Made by a program: the position numbers and the translations under genes. Positions 30,464 to 48,696 of a stretch of 64,000 bases of DNA are shown in pieces (position 1 is the stretch's first letter; each line of letters opens with the position of its first letter). Under the pieces are notes generated by a model. It saw only the letters and a list, made by a program, of their open reading frames with translations, had not been told where the DNA came from and made no database searches. The stretch spans positions 10,664,001-10,728,000 of the forward strand of contig OZ024741.1 of the NCBI GenBank assembly GCA_964016885.1, read 5' to 3'. Origin of the DNA: Eledone cirrhosa (Eukaryota).

Positions 30464-31046
30464 CACCCACACATACATACACACACACACATATATATAC
30501 ATACACACATACAAACATACACACACACACACATATATATAGACATACACACACATATATATACACACACACACACATATATATATATACACATACGCAT
30601 ACATCCAGATACACACATACATACACACACACACACACGCGCACACACAATACATACATCCACATGCACACACATACACACACACACACATATACACATA
30701 CATACACCCACACACAGAGAAATGGCCTCCAAATATATATATATATACATACATACACATATTTTTTCCATAATATAAGAAGTTGGGACAGTGAAATTAA
30801 AATACAAGTCATTCTGATCACATTGAGTTCTTCATGTAGATTGGGCCCCGCAACCGACAGTGGTGAATTCTGTGTGCGCATATATATATATAGATATATG
30901 TGTGTGCACGTACAGGGTTTAACATGGATGTGTTGGTCACACAAAGGCGTGGTCTGTCAACGAATAAACCTGATTCTACAGAATTGGTCTCTGGTCTTTA
31001 ATAGTAGTGATTCCGTGCGTATGTGTGTTTATATTTTATGACAATT

Positions 31047-34000
31047 CTATTGGGGTGATAACCCGTTTAGTTTTGGTTTAAATTTGTTAAGGAATAGATT
31101 TTCTTTGTTTATTCTTTGTTGCTGTGTGAACGAATCTGAGCACTTGTAGAAGGGGAAGATTTTAAAGTTGGGTAGTGTCATTCCTGCGCAGTTCGCAATA
31201 TGGCTGCTCAAGTTGATTTTTCTTTTATTAGCGTCCCGGATTTGTTGGCGGTGGATGGTCATTCTTTTGCGTAATGAGCTGCCCGTCTGTCCTATGTAGT
31301 TGTGTTTGCACCCACCGCAAGTTATTGCGTAAATCAAGTTCTCCGAGTTGCAGGTGAAATTGTTTTTTACTGTAAATGTTTGGCCATCTTTGAATGTAAA
31401 TGTTTGTCCTTCAGTGAGGTAGAGGCACGTTCCACAGTTTGTTCTACCACATTTGGTAACTGTAGGGTTGAGGATTGGTTTGGGTATATTTGGTCCAGTG
31501 AGAATGCGTTTAAGTGATTTGGGTTGTCTTTTACTTTTAAGGATCTTGTGTGTTTCAAGAATAGACTTCATTCTTACATCTTTAAGTAGGATGGGGAGGT
31601 TTTTGTGTAGGTGATCAAACATTTCGGCATTTCTGGGGTTGAAAGTGGATACATATGGCAGGGTGTTGAGTGTGGTTTTCTGTTTTGGATTGTTAAGTTG
31701 ATGGGGATTTAGGTGTTTTGCCCTGTCTATTCCATTGTTGATTATTTCAAGTGGAAAGGCTCTTAAGATAAGGGTGTCTTTTAGTTCCTTTAGTCTTTGC
31801 TCCCGTTTAGGTGGATCTGATACTATGGTACATATACGTTTGGCCAAATTGTAAGGAATGTTAAGTTTTGTATGTTTTGGGTGACTTGATGTGAAAAAGA
31901 GGTATTGCTTGGAATCTGTGGGTTTATAGAATATATCTGTATCTAATTTCCCGTCTATTACAGAGATGAGAATATCCAAGAAGGCTAATTCCTTAGGATT
32001 GGATTCCTTTGTGAATTGTATGTTATTATCTATGTTGTTTATCATGTTTTTAAACGTAGTAAGTGAGTTCATGTCTTCTTGCCATAGGATAAAGCAGTCG
32101 TCTAGATATCTTTTCCAATTGGCTTTGAGGTGTGTGTGGAAAGAGTCTCCAAATAAGAGAAGGGATTGACTGTATATTTGTTGTTCATAGAATCCCATGA
32201 CTAGGTTGGCATATGTGGGTGCTACTTTCGTGCCCATTGCCGTACCTGATACGTGTCTGTATGTTGAACCATTGAATGTGAAGTAGTTATTTTGTAGGAT
32301 AAAGCGGAGTCCGTCAGTGATAAAATCTGTGTTGATGCGTGTCGGTATTTCTGATGGGTGTGTGTTAAGCCAGTATTGGACTGCTGTTATTCCATATATG
32401 TGGGGTATGTTTGTGTAGAGGTTTATTACGTCAAAGGAGACAAGAATTGTATTTGCACTTACTGTTTTAGGGAGGTGTTTCAGCATGTCAAGGTCATCTC
32501 GTATGTAGCTCTGTATATGTTGTAGAAAGGGTTTCAGTAGGATGTCCAGAAAGTTGCTAAGTCTGTGGGTTTCACATGTAGGGCCTGCTATAATTGGCCT
32601 GAGTTTTAGGTCTTCTGGTGGTGTTAGTTCAATGTAATTGTTGGTTGAGGTGTCACATGCATCGTTTATGGGTTTACATTTGTGGAGTTTCGGTAAGCCG
32701 TAAAAAGAGCTTGTATTGCATTTGAAGTGGCTTATATAGTTAAACTCTTTTGTGGTTAAGCTGTTGCGGTATTTATTCAGTAAGGTCAAAAGGTTCCCCA
32801 TTGTTTTGGTGTGTTTGTAGTTTTCTGTTTTTTCATAGTATGTGTTGTTTTCTAAAATGTTAAGTGCGAGGGTCCTATAGTAGTCCGTATTCATAATGAC
32901 AACAGTACTGCCTTTATCGGCTTCTTTAATGGTTATCTCAGGGTTGTTTCTAAGTGTGAATAATTCTTCCCATTCGTGTGTAGATAGGTTTGATTTCGTG
33001 TGTTTATTTGTAATTTTTTCATAGGGAAAGTTGGTGATGTGTTCGTAGTACGTGTCCAGTGCTTTATTTCTTCCCTTTTGTGTGCAGAAATTGCTTTTAT
33101 TTCTAACCAGTGATTCGTCTTCAGTGTTGGTGTCGTTGTGGAAGAATTCCGTTAGTCGCAGCTTTCGTCAGTATTCCATGATGTCATCCTTCATTTCGGG
33201 GAAGTTTGGTTTACGTGGTGTAGGTGTAAATTTCAGGCCCTTACTTAAAATGTTGATTTGTGTGTTGGTTAGAGGTGTCTTTGAGAGGTTGATTATTTTT
33301 GGTTTCTCCTGAGGGGGGGGGGGGGGGGGCATCGAGTATCCTGGTATTTCAGGCTTTTCCCTAAAAAAGGAATGTAGTTTTGTGTGTGATTAAATTTTGT
33401 TGGTCTGTTGCGTGTGGGTCTGTAGCTTGTTGTTTCATGAGGGTGAATGTGATGGTGGGGTGGTATGTGTTGTGGTTGTTGATGAGCAAGGGTTCTGTTG
33501 TTGGTTCATGTGGTCTGGGTGCGTTATTTCTGTGGTACAGAGTGTTGAGGTTGGGGGTTGTCTTTTGTTGGATTGAGAGTGATGTCTGGTGTGGTTGTGG
33601 GTAAGTTCTGTTGTGATTTCAAGTGGTCTGGGTGGATTTCTTCTGGGGAATGTGGTGTGTGTGTTGTGAGTTGGATCTATGTTATTTCGTCGTTGGTTTA
33701 TGTAGGGGGCATTTCTACGGAAACCTGTGTTATGGTGGTTGGGTGTGTTTCTTTTGGTGTAGTTCGCCGTATTTGGTTTGTGTTGGTGGGGGATGTGCCT
33801 GAGGTTAGTGTGTGTTGGGTTTAGTGGTGTAAATGTGTCTGTTATAGTTCTTGTTATGTTCAAATGCTTTATAAAGGGGTTACCTGTTTGGTGCATCCTT
33901 TTAAAGTCTTCTTCATATTTGAGGAACCAGTTTTCGGATTTTTCCCACCATTTAAGGGAAATAATTTCTGCATTCTCGCAGTCCTGTTTCCACGATTTGA

Positions 34001-34260
34001 TTAAATTTTGTACGGTTGTTCCCTCGGCCTTTTTAGTGCATTCTTCCTCCATATTTTTATCAGTATCCTTATACTCTTGCTCGTTTGAGGTGGCCCTTAA
34101 TTTTAGGAGTTCTATTTCCATGTTTATCCTGTTCAGTGACATTTGTTCACGGAGTTTTCTTTCTGGTTCAGGTTCGTTTGTAATATGCTTTATTTAGAAT
34201 TTACGTGGTAAAACTATCGGTGTTGAGTTAATCCATTTTTGGTAAATTCCAGCTTTGTTG
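31047..34260 (-). pseudogene. PLE RT plus GIY-YIG polyprotein; 615-aa RT-EN core open, upstream part disrupted
   Basis: KGLKFTPTP, EADKG, FYGLPKLHK, RPII, FDVINLYTNIPH, GTAMGTKVAPTYANL, KRYLDD, CGRTNCGTC, LIYAITC, YIGQT. Confidence 0.92.
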
Positions 34261-34268
34261 AGGTTTTT

Positions 34269-36875
<2,607 letters not shown>

Positions 36876-37104
36876 TTTAACTGCTCGGAAATGCCCCTTT
36901 TCTTGGAGCTTGATTATTGTAAACGACTGAGAGTTTATTCTCAAAATATAATATAGTATATTGCTCCTTAACTGTAGAGCTGATCTTTAATCCGCATAAA
37001 CGGCTGTTATTTCTAGCACCGGGAATGCGGGACGGCTAGTTTGGCCTGGCTACACGTGTAGTCAGATCTGCAAAATTTTTGATGTGAGATGTACTAATTT
37101 TACT

Positions 37105-37282
37105 GGATTCCTGTTGATAAACACAGAAGATTTGGATATTTCACCTTTTATTTCAATTCCATTTCGATTCTCTTTATTTTTCAATTCACATACCACCATT
37201 GCGAAACGGATTTATGTTTCGAGGTTCAAATTCGTCTACGGAACAGGTTTGGATTTTGAAATTTAATTCTGTCCAGGAATCC
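37105..37282 (+). ncRNA. Expanded type I hammerhead, copy 1 (G10.1 mutated to A)
   Basis: GGATTCCTG-TTGATAA...GAAA-long stem III-GTC^-CAGGAATCC. Confidence 0.65.
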
Positions 37283-37660
37283 TTGGCCGTTGCCAATATA
37301 AGCTTGTCTTTATTGACTTATATCGAGACAGACAAATTGTATTCACTTTAATTAGTTTATTTCATAAATAGCTAACTTTGTCTGTTGCAATGCAAACACG
37401 TTTTGTGTTTATCATATATTTTAATGTATTTAACTGCGCGGAAATGCCCCTTTTCTTGGAGCTTGATTATTGTAAACGACTGAGAGTTTATTCTCAAAAT
37501 ATAATATAGTATATTGCTCCTTAACTGTAGAGCTGATCTTTAATCCCGCATAAACGGCTGTTATTTCTAGCACCGGGAATGCGGGACGGCTAGTTTGGCC
37601 TGGCTACACACGTGTAGTCAGACCTGCAAAATTTTTGATGTGAGATGTACTAATTTTACT

Positions 37661-37838
37661 GGATTCCCGTTGATAAGCACAGAAGATTTGGATATTTCAC
37701 TTTTTATTTCAATTCCATTTCGATTCTCTTTATTTTTCAATTCACATACCACCGTTGCGAAACGGATTTAGGTTTCGAGGTTCAAATTCGTCTACGGAAC
37801 AGGTTTGGATTTTGAAATTTAATTCTGTCCAGGAATCC
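37661..37838 (+). ncRNA. Expanded type I hammerhead, copy 2
   Basis: As copy 1, with stem II GCA/TGC and one stem I mismatch. Confidence 0.7.
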
Positions 37839-38216
37839 TTGGCCGTTGCCAATATAAGCTTGTCTTTATTGACTTATATCGAGACAGACAAATTGTATTC
37901 ACTTTAATTAGTTTATTTCATAAATAGCTAACTTTGTCTGTTGCAATGCAAACACGTTTTGTGTTTATCATATATTTTAATGTATTTAACTGCGCGGAAA
38001 TGCCCCTTTTCTTGGAGCTTGATTATTGTAAACGACTGAGAGTTTATTCTCAAAATATAATATAGTATATTGCTCCTTAACTGTAGAGCTGATCTTTAAT
38101 CCCGCATAAACGGCTGTTATTTCTAGCACCGGGAATGCGGGACGGCTAGTTTGGCCTGGCTACACACGTGTAGTCAGACCTGCAAAATTTTTGATGTGAG
38201 ATGTACTAATTTTACT

Positions 38217-38393
38217 GGATTCCTGTTGATAAGCACAGAAGATTTGGATATTTCACTTTTTATTTCAATTCCATTTCGATTCTCTTCATTTTTCAATTCA
38301 CATACCACCGTTGCGAAACGGATTTAGGTTTCGAGGTTCAAATTCGTCTACGGAACAGGTTTGGATTTTGAAATTTACATCTGTCCAGGAATC
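38217..38393 (+). ncRNA. Expanded type I hammerhead, copy 3 (intact core)
   Basis: GATTCCTG-TTGATAA-GCA...TGC-GAAA-CGGAT...ATCTG-TC^-CAGGAATC. Confidence 0.75.
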
Positions 38394-38534
38394 ATGGCCG
38401 CTGCCAATATAAGCTTGTCTTTATTGACTTATATCGAGACAGACAAATTGTATTCACTTTAATTAGTTTATTTCATAAATAGCTAACTTTGTCTGTTGCA
38501 ATGCAAACACGTTTTGTGTTTATCATATATTTTA

Positions 38535-38570
<36 letters not shown>

Positions 38571-39269
38571 AAATGTGTGTAATCCGTGGTACAGTTAGGT
38601 ATATTAAGACAGGGGGAAGAAAAAATGGCTTCACTTGTGCTTTCAACAAATTTATTTTCTTCACAAAATCCAAAAAGAATTTTTTTCCGGATTAGAAAAA
38701 AAATTTTTTTTTTTAATTCTTAAAAAGATTATTTTATAAATTAAGTTGTTGGTTGTTGGTTAGGTCTTAGGACTTCTTGGTTAACGTAGGAGGTATTGTT
38801 TCGTTTTTAGAACGACCTTTCACGCTGAGGTGCGCTTGTCAAACTGATGTGTATGTGGTGTGTTGTTCTATATATAGGGATTTAACATGTCTGTGGTGTG
38901 GTGTGGTGGGGAGGTTTTTTCTCCCCCTTTAATAAGTGTATGGGTGTAGGTGTGTTGAAAAAGTGTTAATAGCAGAAATGAGTTGAGACGGTGAGTAGGG
39001 TTGGGTGGGGAGAAATGTAGCAAGTGCGGCCTGCCCCGGTCATTCTCGAAAAATGCCTTTATTCAGGGGAAAAAGCTTTTAGTATTCCTTTTTGTTGAGA
39101 ATGGTCATAGGCAAATCGCACCTGCCAAGTTTGTAAACAATTATTTTTTTCTGAAGAATTTTTCTACGTCCATCCCAAAATTAGTCCTTTGTTCAACACA
39201 CACATATGTGCGTATATACGTACATACACACACGGGTATATGTAGGAATATATAGGCACACACCATCAA

Positions 39270-39466
39270 TCACACACCCATGTACATATACATCCACATA
39301 CATACATAAAAACATATAAAGACACATATAAAAACACATATACACATACGTACACACACGAATATGTACTCATACCTCCACATGTGTATATATATACATA
39401 CATACATATACATACATATACACACATAAAGATACATAACTAAATATACATATATACACATACACG

Positions 39467-39544
<78 letters not shown>

Positions 39545-39635
39545 TATGTCCGTATATATACCTCCGTTCACACATACATGCATACACACACACATACACA
39601 CACATATATATATATATATATAGAGAGAGAGAGGC

Positions 39636-39696
<61 letters not shown>

Positions 39697-39865
39697 CATA
39701 CATACATATATATATACATATATGTACACATAAACACATACAGACACATACACACATATGCATACATATACACATATATATATATATACATATATATATA
39801 CATACATACACATACACATACACATACAAGTACATACATACACACATAAATATATACACATACAT

Positions 39866-39934
<69 letters not shown>

Positions 39935-39955
39935 TATACATACACACACATACAT

Positions 39956-39994
<39 letters not shown>

Positions 39995-40215
39995 CAAGCA
40001 CATAAAGACACATATATACATACATATATATATATATATATACATATATATACATACATCTACATACATACATGCATATACACATACAGAAACATACATA
40101 TATGTACACACATATATACATATATGCACATACATACACACACATACACACACCCACATACATATATACCCACACGTACATACATCCATACATACCTACA
40201 CACATATATGTGTGT
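39270..40215. repeat. Complex (CA/TA)n microsatellite inside the P2 3' UTR
   Basis: Directly visible. Confidence 0.92.
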
Positions 40216-40299
40216 GTCTCACCGTTCACTCAGATATTCATGTGTACACATAAGAAGAGGGGGGGGTAGTGAAATGGAATTTTACCTCCAAGTGTTAAT

Positions 40300-43200
40300 T
40301 CATTTTTTCGTGTTCAGTAGTGGTTTAAATTTTTCAATGAAGAATTCTTCTTTATATCTGCGGAAATGTTCGTTAACCGACCATATTTTGAAGAAAGGGA
40401 AGATTGTGAATTTTCCCTTCCCGCATGATGCAAAGTGTGCGCTACATGTGGTATTTCTGACTGTGGGGTCTTTAATTTGTTGTTTATGTACCCGGACTCT
40501 ATCATGTAATCCCGTTCCGGTTTCCCCAATGTAATACTCTTTACACTGTGGACATGTTGCGCAATGTATTAGGTTTTTCGTTTTGCAGTTCATGTTTGCA
40601 TTGACCTTGAAATTATCATGGTTTTTGAAGGACAACTGTTTGCCCTCTTCGATGAGTTCACAGGTTCCACATCTAGGGTCCCCGCATTTCGTCACTTGCA
40701 TTGATTCCATGTTGGTCGTAAATTTTGCCTTGGTAATTAGTTTTTTAAGGTTGGGTGCTTGGCGTCTGCTATAAATTATCTGTGTGTTTTTTAAGAGTGC
40801 ATTCATTTTGGTAGATTGCTGTAGAATCGGGAGATACTGCTTAGCAGTTTTCACAATGTTGATGTTCCCTGGGTTGTGAGTGATGACAAAAGAGATAGCA
40901 GGGTTTTCTTTTTTATGTTGTGGGTTTGGTTTTCTCAGTGTTGTTATTGGGATGTTCTTAGCCTTGGAGATGGCTGCGTTGATGAGTTTCATCGGGTATT
41001 CTTGTTTTTTAAGGAATTTTTTCAGGTCACATAATCTTTTTTCTTGTAGTACGGGGTGTGTTGCTATAGTGCAGATGCGCCTTGCCATGTTGAAGGGAAT
41101 GTTCTTTTTCGTATGTGAGGGGTGTGCTGACCGGAAATTTAAGTATTGGTGTGTGTCAGTGGGTTTGCAAAATAGGTCCGTTATGATATTTTCCCCTTCT
41201 TTAATGATGAGGATATCTAGAAAGGGCAGTTCCTTTTCGTTACATTCCATAGTGAATTGTATAGCTTCATGAAGCCTGTTTAAGATCGAATAACATTTTT
41301 GTAGGTCTGTTTGGCTTCTGTTCCAGTAGATGAAGCAGTCATCTAGGTAACGTTTCCAGTTTTTATTAATGTAGAAGGCGAAGTCGTGACTGAATGTTAT
41401 CTGTAGTTGGGAATATAATTTTGCCTCTAAGTGACCCATAACGAGCGTTGCATATGCAGGGGCCACTTTGGTACCCATGGCTGTTCCTTTTATTTGTAGA
41501 TAAAGTTCGTTGTCAAAGAGGAAGTGGTTGTTTTCCAATACTAATTTAAGTCCTTCCAAGATGAATTCTTTGGGGAATCTTTCTGAAATGTGACTTGAGT
41601 GTTTTGTAATCCAGAAGTCCACAGCTTCAATCCCTAGGTCGTGTGGGATGTTAGTGTACAGGCTTATTACATCAAAACTGACTAGGATTGTATCCTGGTG
41701 TACTTTTTGGGGGATATAGTTAAGGAATTCCATATCATCTCTGATGTAGCTTGGAACTTTTTTACATAGGGGTTTGAGTATGATGTCTAATAGGTTGCTT
41801 AGACATTGTGTGCTTGAGGCTGGGCCAGCAATAATTGGGCGTAATTTTAAGTCTGTCGGTTTTGGTGCTTCGATGTATGATGTATTTTTTCCCTTTTATG
41901 TTGTTTTGGATTTCTATGGATTTGTGAATTTTTGGTAATCCATAGAAATTGCTGGTTTTCATTTCGAAGTTGGTTTGGTAATCTACTTCTTTTGGTGTTA
42001 GGTTGTTTTGGTACTTTGTTGTTAGTTTGCCTATTTGGTTCCTCGATTTCCTTTCTTCGTTTTTAGTGATTTTCCTGTAGAAGTTTTCGTCATTCAAGTG
42101 TGCTAGAACCATATCTTTGTAGTGGTTTGTGTCCATGATGACGATTGCTCCACCTTTGTCCGCTTCTTTTATTATTATTGAGGAATCCCTTTGTAGCTTG
42201 TTCAATGCTAGTAGTTGGTCTGTAGGGATGATGCGTTTGTGTTTCGTCTCGGCCGTATTTGTACGTGCTGATCGGCGAAGGCAGGTTATGTATTCCTCCA
42301 GGTATTTATCTCTATTTAGCGGGGGTGTGAAGTTCTTTTTGTTTTTCACCAGTGATTCTTCCTCGTATTGTACACCCTGGAAGAATTCTCCTAAGCGTAA
42401 TTTTCGATAGTATTCTTATGTGTCTTTTATAACATCGGCTGTATCTGCTTTCGGAGTGGGAGTGAACTTCAGTCCATTTTCTAACAGTTGTATTTCTGGT
42501 TGTGTTAATTTCTTGGCTGATATATTGATTATTTTTGGTTCGATTGGTTCTTTCTCGGTGCCATTTGGGATAGGGGTGTTTCTGTTGTGGTGAAACCTTT
42601 GGCCCGCCGGAACTTCATGCCGGTAACTGGTTGGGCGATAGACTCTTGCGTGGTCGTTGCTATATGGGGGTCTGGTTCTTCTGTTGTTTCGTTCAGTATT
42701 CATGTGTCTTTGATTTTGTCTCCGGTAATTGTTCTTGGTGTTATGGCAGTGGTTGTATCTGGTTCTGGTGTTGTGTATTGGGTCTGTATGTAGTTGTGTG
42801 TTTGGGTTACCCAATATCTGTTTGTTGTTGGTTTATTGTGTGTCGGTGCTTCATTTCTTGTGTTGTTGTATTTTCCTGAGTTCTGGGGTTTCCTATGGGT
42901 TTGTTTTCTGGGTTTTATTTGGTCTTTCCCATAGTTATCTTCATATTCTTGAAGCCATTGAGTTCTTGACTCCAAGATTTTCTTTGATTTTAACTCCTCT
43001 CTAGTTGTATCTGTCTGCTATAGGTTAAGGAGTTTTTTCACGTACATTGCCGCTGCTTCTTTTGTTTATTTCCTCTTGGATGGTGGTGTCGCATTTTTCA
43101 AATTTCTCTTTGAATTTTGGCACTCTTAGGCGGAGTAGGGTGATTTCGGTCTCAAGTGTTTGGAGTGCTAGATTTAGTCTTGTTGCAGTTTTTTCCTTTG

Positions 43201-43666
43201 ATTCCGATGGTATTTGTTTAATTCGGAATTTTCTCGGGAGGATAACTGGTTCCTTGCTACGTCATATTTCGTATGTGTCTGCTAGGTTTTCACTCCTCAA
43301 GGCTTTCCAGTATGCCTGTTTCCTTTGATTTAATAGTTGGTTCCAAATGTTTTTCATTTGGTTTCTTTTTCTGTAGGCTTCTTTTTCTAGATTCAGTTCA
43401 TTCCATTCTTTGAATGCATTATTGGTGATGGAGTTCTGTTCATGTGTAGCTATTTCAGGAGAAAAGGTTTGTTCTTGTTTTTGTCGGTCTGTAATTAGTG
43501 AATCAAGTTTTTCCCTATAGCTGCGTGTTTGTTGTTCCGTTTCTTGTACGGCATTCGTAAGGGAATCATATTTATCTATTATTATGGTGAGTTTTTCTGA
43601 TATTTCCTGTAGTAGTGTCTCTGATTTGAGGGATTCGGTAGAGGATTTTGAACGTGTGTTAGCCAT
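40300..43666 (-). pseudogene. ~1,100-aa PLE polyprotein (N-terminal extension, RT, GIY-YIG), with several stops and frameshifts
   Basis: MANTRSK start; GLKFTPTP, EADKGG, FYGLPKIHK, FDVISLYTNIPH, GTAMGTKVAP, KRYLDD, CGDPRCGTC, YYIGET. Confidence 0.92.
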
Positions 43667-44438
43667 TCTGTCTTGTACAAGGGGATAGAATATTGGAAAA
43701 TGTGTAATCCTTGGTACAGTTAGGTATATTAAGACAGGGGGGAAGAAAAAATGGCTTCACTTGTGCTTTCAACAAATTTATTTTCTTCACAAAATCCAAA
43801 AAGAATTTTTTTTTCCGGATTAGAAAAATTTTTTTTTTTTTTATTAAAAAAAATTATTTTATAAATTAAGTTGTTGGTTGTTGGTTAGGTCTTAGGAGTT
43901 CTTGGTTAACGTAGGAGGTATTGTTTCGTTTTTAGAACGACCTTTCACGCTGAGGTGCGCTTGTCAAACTGATGTGTATGTGGTGTGTTGTTCTATATAT
44001 AGGGATTTAACATGTCTGTGGTGTGGTGGGGAGGTTTTTTCTCCCCCTTTAATAAGTGTATGGGTATAGGTGTGTTGAAAAAGTGTTAATAGCAGCAATG
44101 AGTTGAGACGGTGAGTAGGGTTGGGTGGGGAGAAATGTAGCAAGTGCGGCCTGCCCCGGTCATTCTCGAAAAATTCCTTTATTCTGAGGTGTGGTGGGGG
44201 TTTTTTCTCCCCCTTTAATAAGTGTATGGGTGTAGGTGTGTTGAAAAAGTGTTTTAGTGAATCAAGTTTTTCCCTATAGCTGCGTGTTTGTTGTTTCATT
44301 TCTTGTACGGCATTCGTAAGGGAATCATATTTATCTATTATTATGGTGAGTTTTTCTGATATTTCCTGTAGTAGTGTCTCTGATTTGAGGGATTCAGTAG
44401 AGGATTTTGAACGTGTGTTAGCCATTCTGTCTTGTACA

Positions 44439-44471
<33 letters not shown>

Positions 44472-44517
44472 CATATATATATATATATTTATATATATAT
44501 ATATATATATACACATA

Positions 44518-44935
<418 letters not shown>

Positions 44936-44968
44936 AATATACATATATATATATATATAAATATAAAT

Positions 44969-45000
<32 letters not shown>

Positions 45001-45072
45001 CAATATATATATATTATATATATATATAAATATATATATATTATATATATATATTATATATATATATGAATA

Positions 45073-45119
<47 letters not shown>

Positions 45120-45122
<3 letters not shown>

Positions 45123-45282
45123 ATTAAATAAATGGAAACTATATTTATAAAACCATATTTATTTCGTTATATATATTTCAGGGATATCATATTAACAATA
45201 TGTTATGCCTTCTTCAAACAGTGCTTTTATATCAGTTATAAATATTTACTCGTTGTTAACCCAACAATTTAAATATAACTTT

Positions 45283-45285
<3 letters not shown>
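45120..45285. mobile_element. Hydra-like family A terminal fragment with inverted HHR half
   Basis: 45120-45217 is the reverse complement of ~2217-2313; 45221-45285 is a direct copy of ~3132-3197. Confidence 0.8.
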
Positions 45286-45360
<75 letters not shown>

Positions 45361-45364
45361 AATA

Positions 45365-45502
<138 letters not shown>

Positions 45503-45503
45503 A

Positions 45504-45554
<51 letters not shown>

Positions 45555-45561
45555 TATATAA

Positions 45562-45620
<59 letters not shown>

Positions 45621-45625
<5 letters not shown>

Positions 45626-45900
45626 AAAAAGAGGTGAAATCGAAAATGCAACTGGAGTCTTATTTTCTTTTTAAATATATATATTTATTTGGTTCCTTTA
45701 CCGGTTTCGCAGTTCTTCTGCTTTTCAAAAGTAGAGTTGAGATGGAGGGTCTGTGAGAAAAACCACAAATAAATATATATATATTTTTTTTAAATAAGAC
45801 TCCAGTTGCATTTTCGATTTCATCTCTTTTTCTTTATACTTTCACTCGTGTAGGACACCTCGGTTATTTTTCAATTTGTAAAAAAAAACTCTCTTTCTAG
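45621..45900. mobile_element. Small PLE-type insertion with inverted arm
   Basis: 45621-45694 is inverted relative to 45761-45837, and encloses an HHR. Confidence 0.6.
45695..45731 (-). ncRNA. Hammerhead with U3-A8 core variant
   Basis: CTT-TTGAAAA-GCAG/CTGC-GAAA-CCGG-TA^-AAG. Confidence 0.65.
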
Positions 45901-45911
45901 TATATATATAT

Positions 45912-48643
<2,732 letters not shown>

Positions 48644-48644
48644 A

Positions 48645-48675
<31 letters not shown>

Positions 48676-48696
48676 AATATATATATAAATATATAT

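Larger units (their letters stand above)
29650..34268 (-). mobile_element. Neptune-like PLE (family P1), 5'-truncated
   Basis: N-terminal extension, RT and GIY-YIG; 3' region with a (TG/TA)n tract at 30155-30760 and an HHR. Confidence 0.88.
36876..38540 (+). mobile_element. Tandem trimer of a ~556-bp non-coding structured unit (retrozyme-like)
   Basis: Units start near 36881, 37434 and 37990; near-identical; one HHR each; flanked by (TA)n. Confidence 0.85.
38566..44439 (-). mobile_element. Full-length Neptune-like PLE (family P2) with ~500-bp pseudo-LTRs
   Basis: 38566-39065 is repeated at 43691-44185, flanking the ORF; an extra copy of the ORF start lies at 44256-44439. Confidence 0.93.

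Noticed and set aside
33168-33170. In-frame TGA as selenocysteine (EY*RKLRL; also TGA at 43262)
   Set aside because: The same ORFs also have TAA stops and frameshifts, the 43262 TGA aligns with Trp in P1, no SECIS was found, and the domain order is not Naiad-like
33360-33370. TTTTTTAGGG slippery site in P1
   Set aside because: The frame relation depends on an unreliable 17-nt homopolymer, and P2 reads through this region without the motif
37779-37790. B-box-like GGTTCAAATTC suggesting a tRNA-derived SINE
   Set aside because: No convincing A-box or cloverleaf; it lies within the HHR stem III
38811-38846. Possible U3-A8 hammerhead in the P2 pseudo-LTR (TTGACAA-GCGC/GCGT-GAAA; also ~43936-43971)
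   Set aside because: Stems I and III could not be paired convincingly, so it is not called
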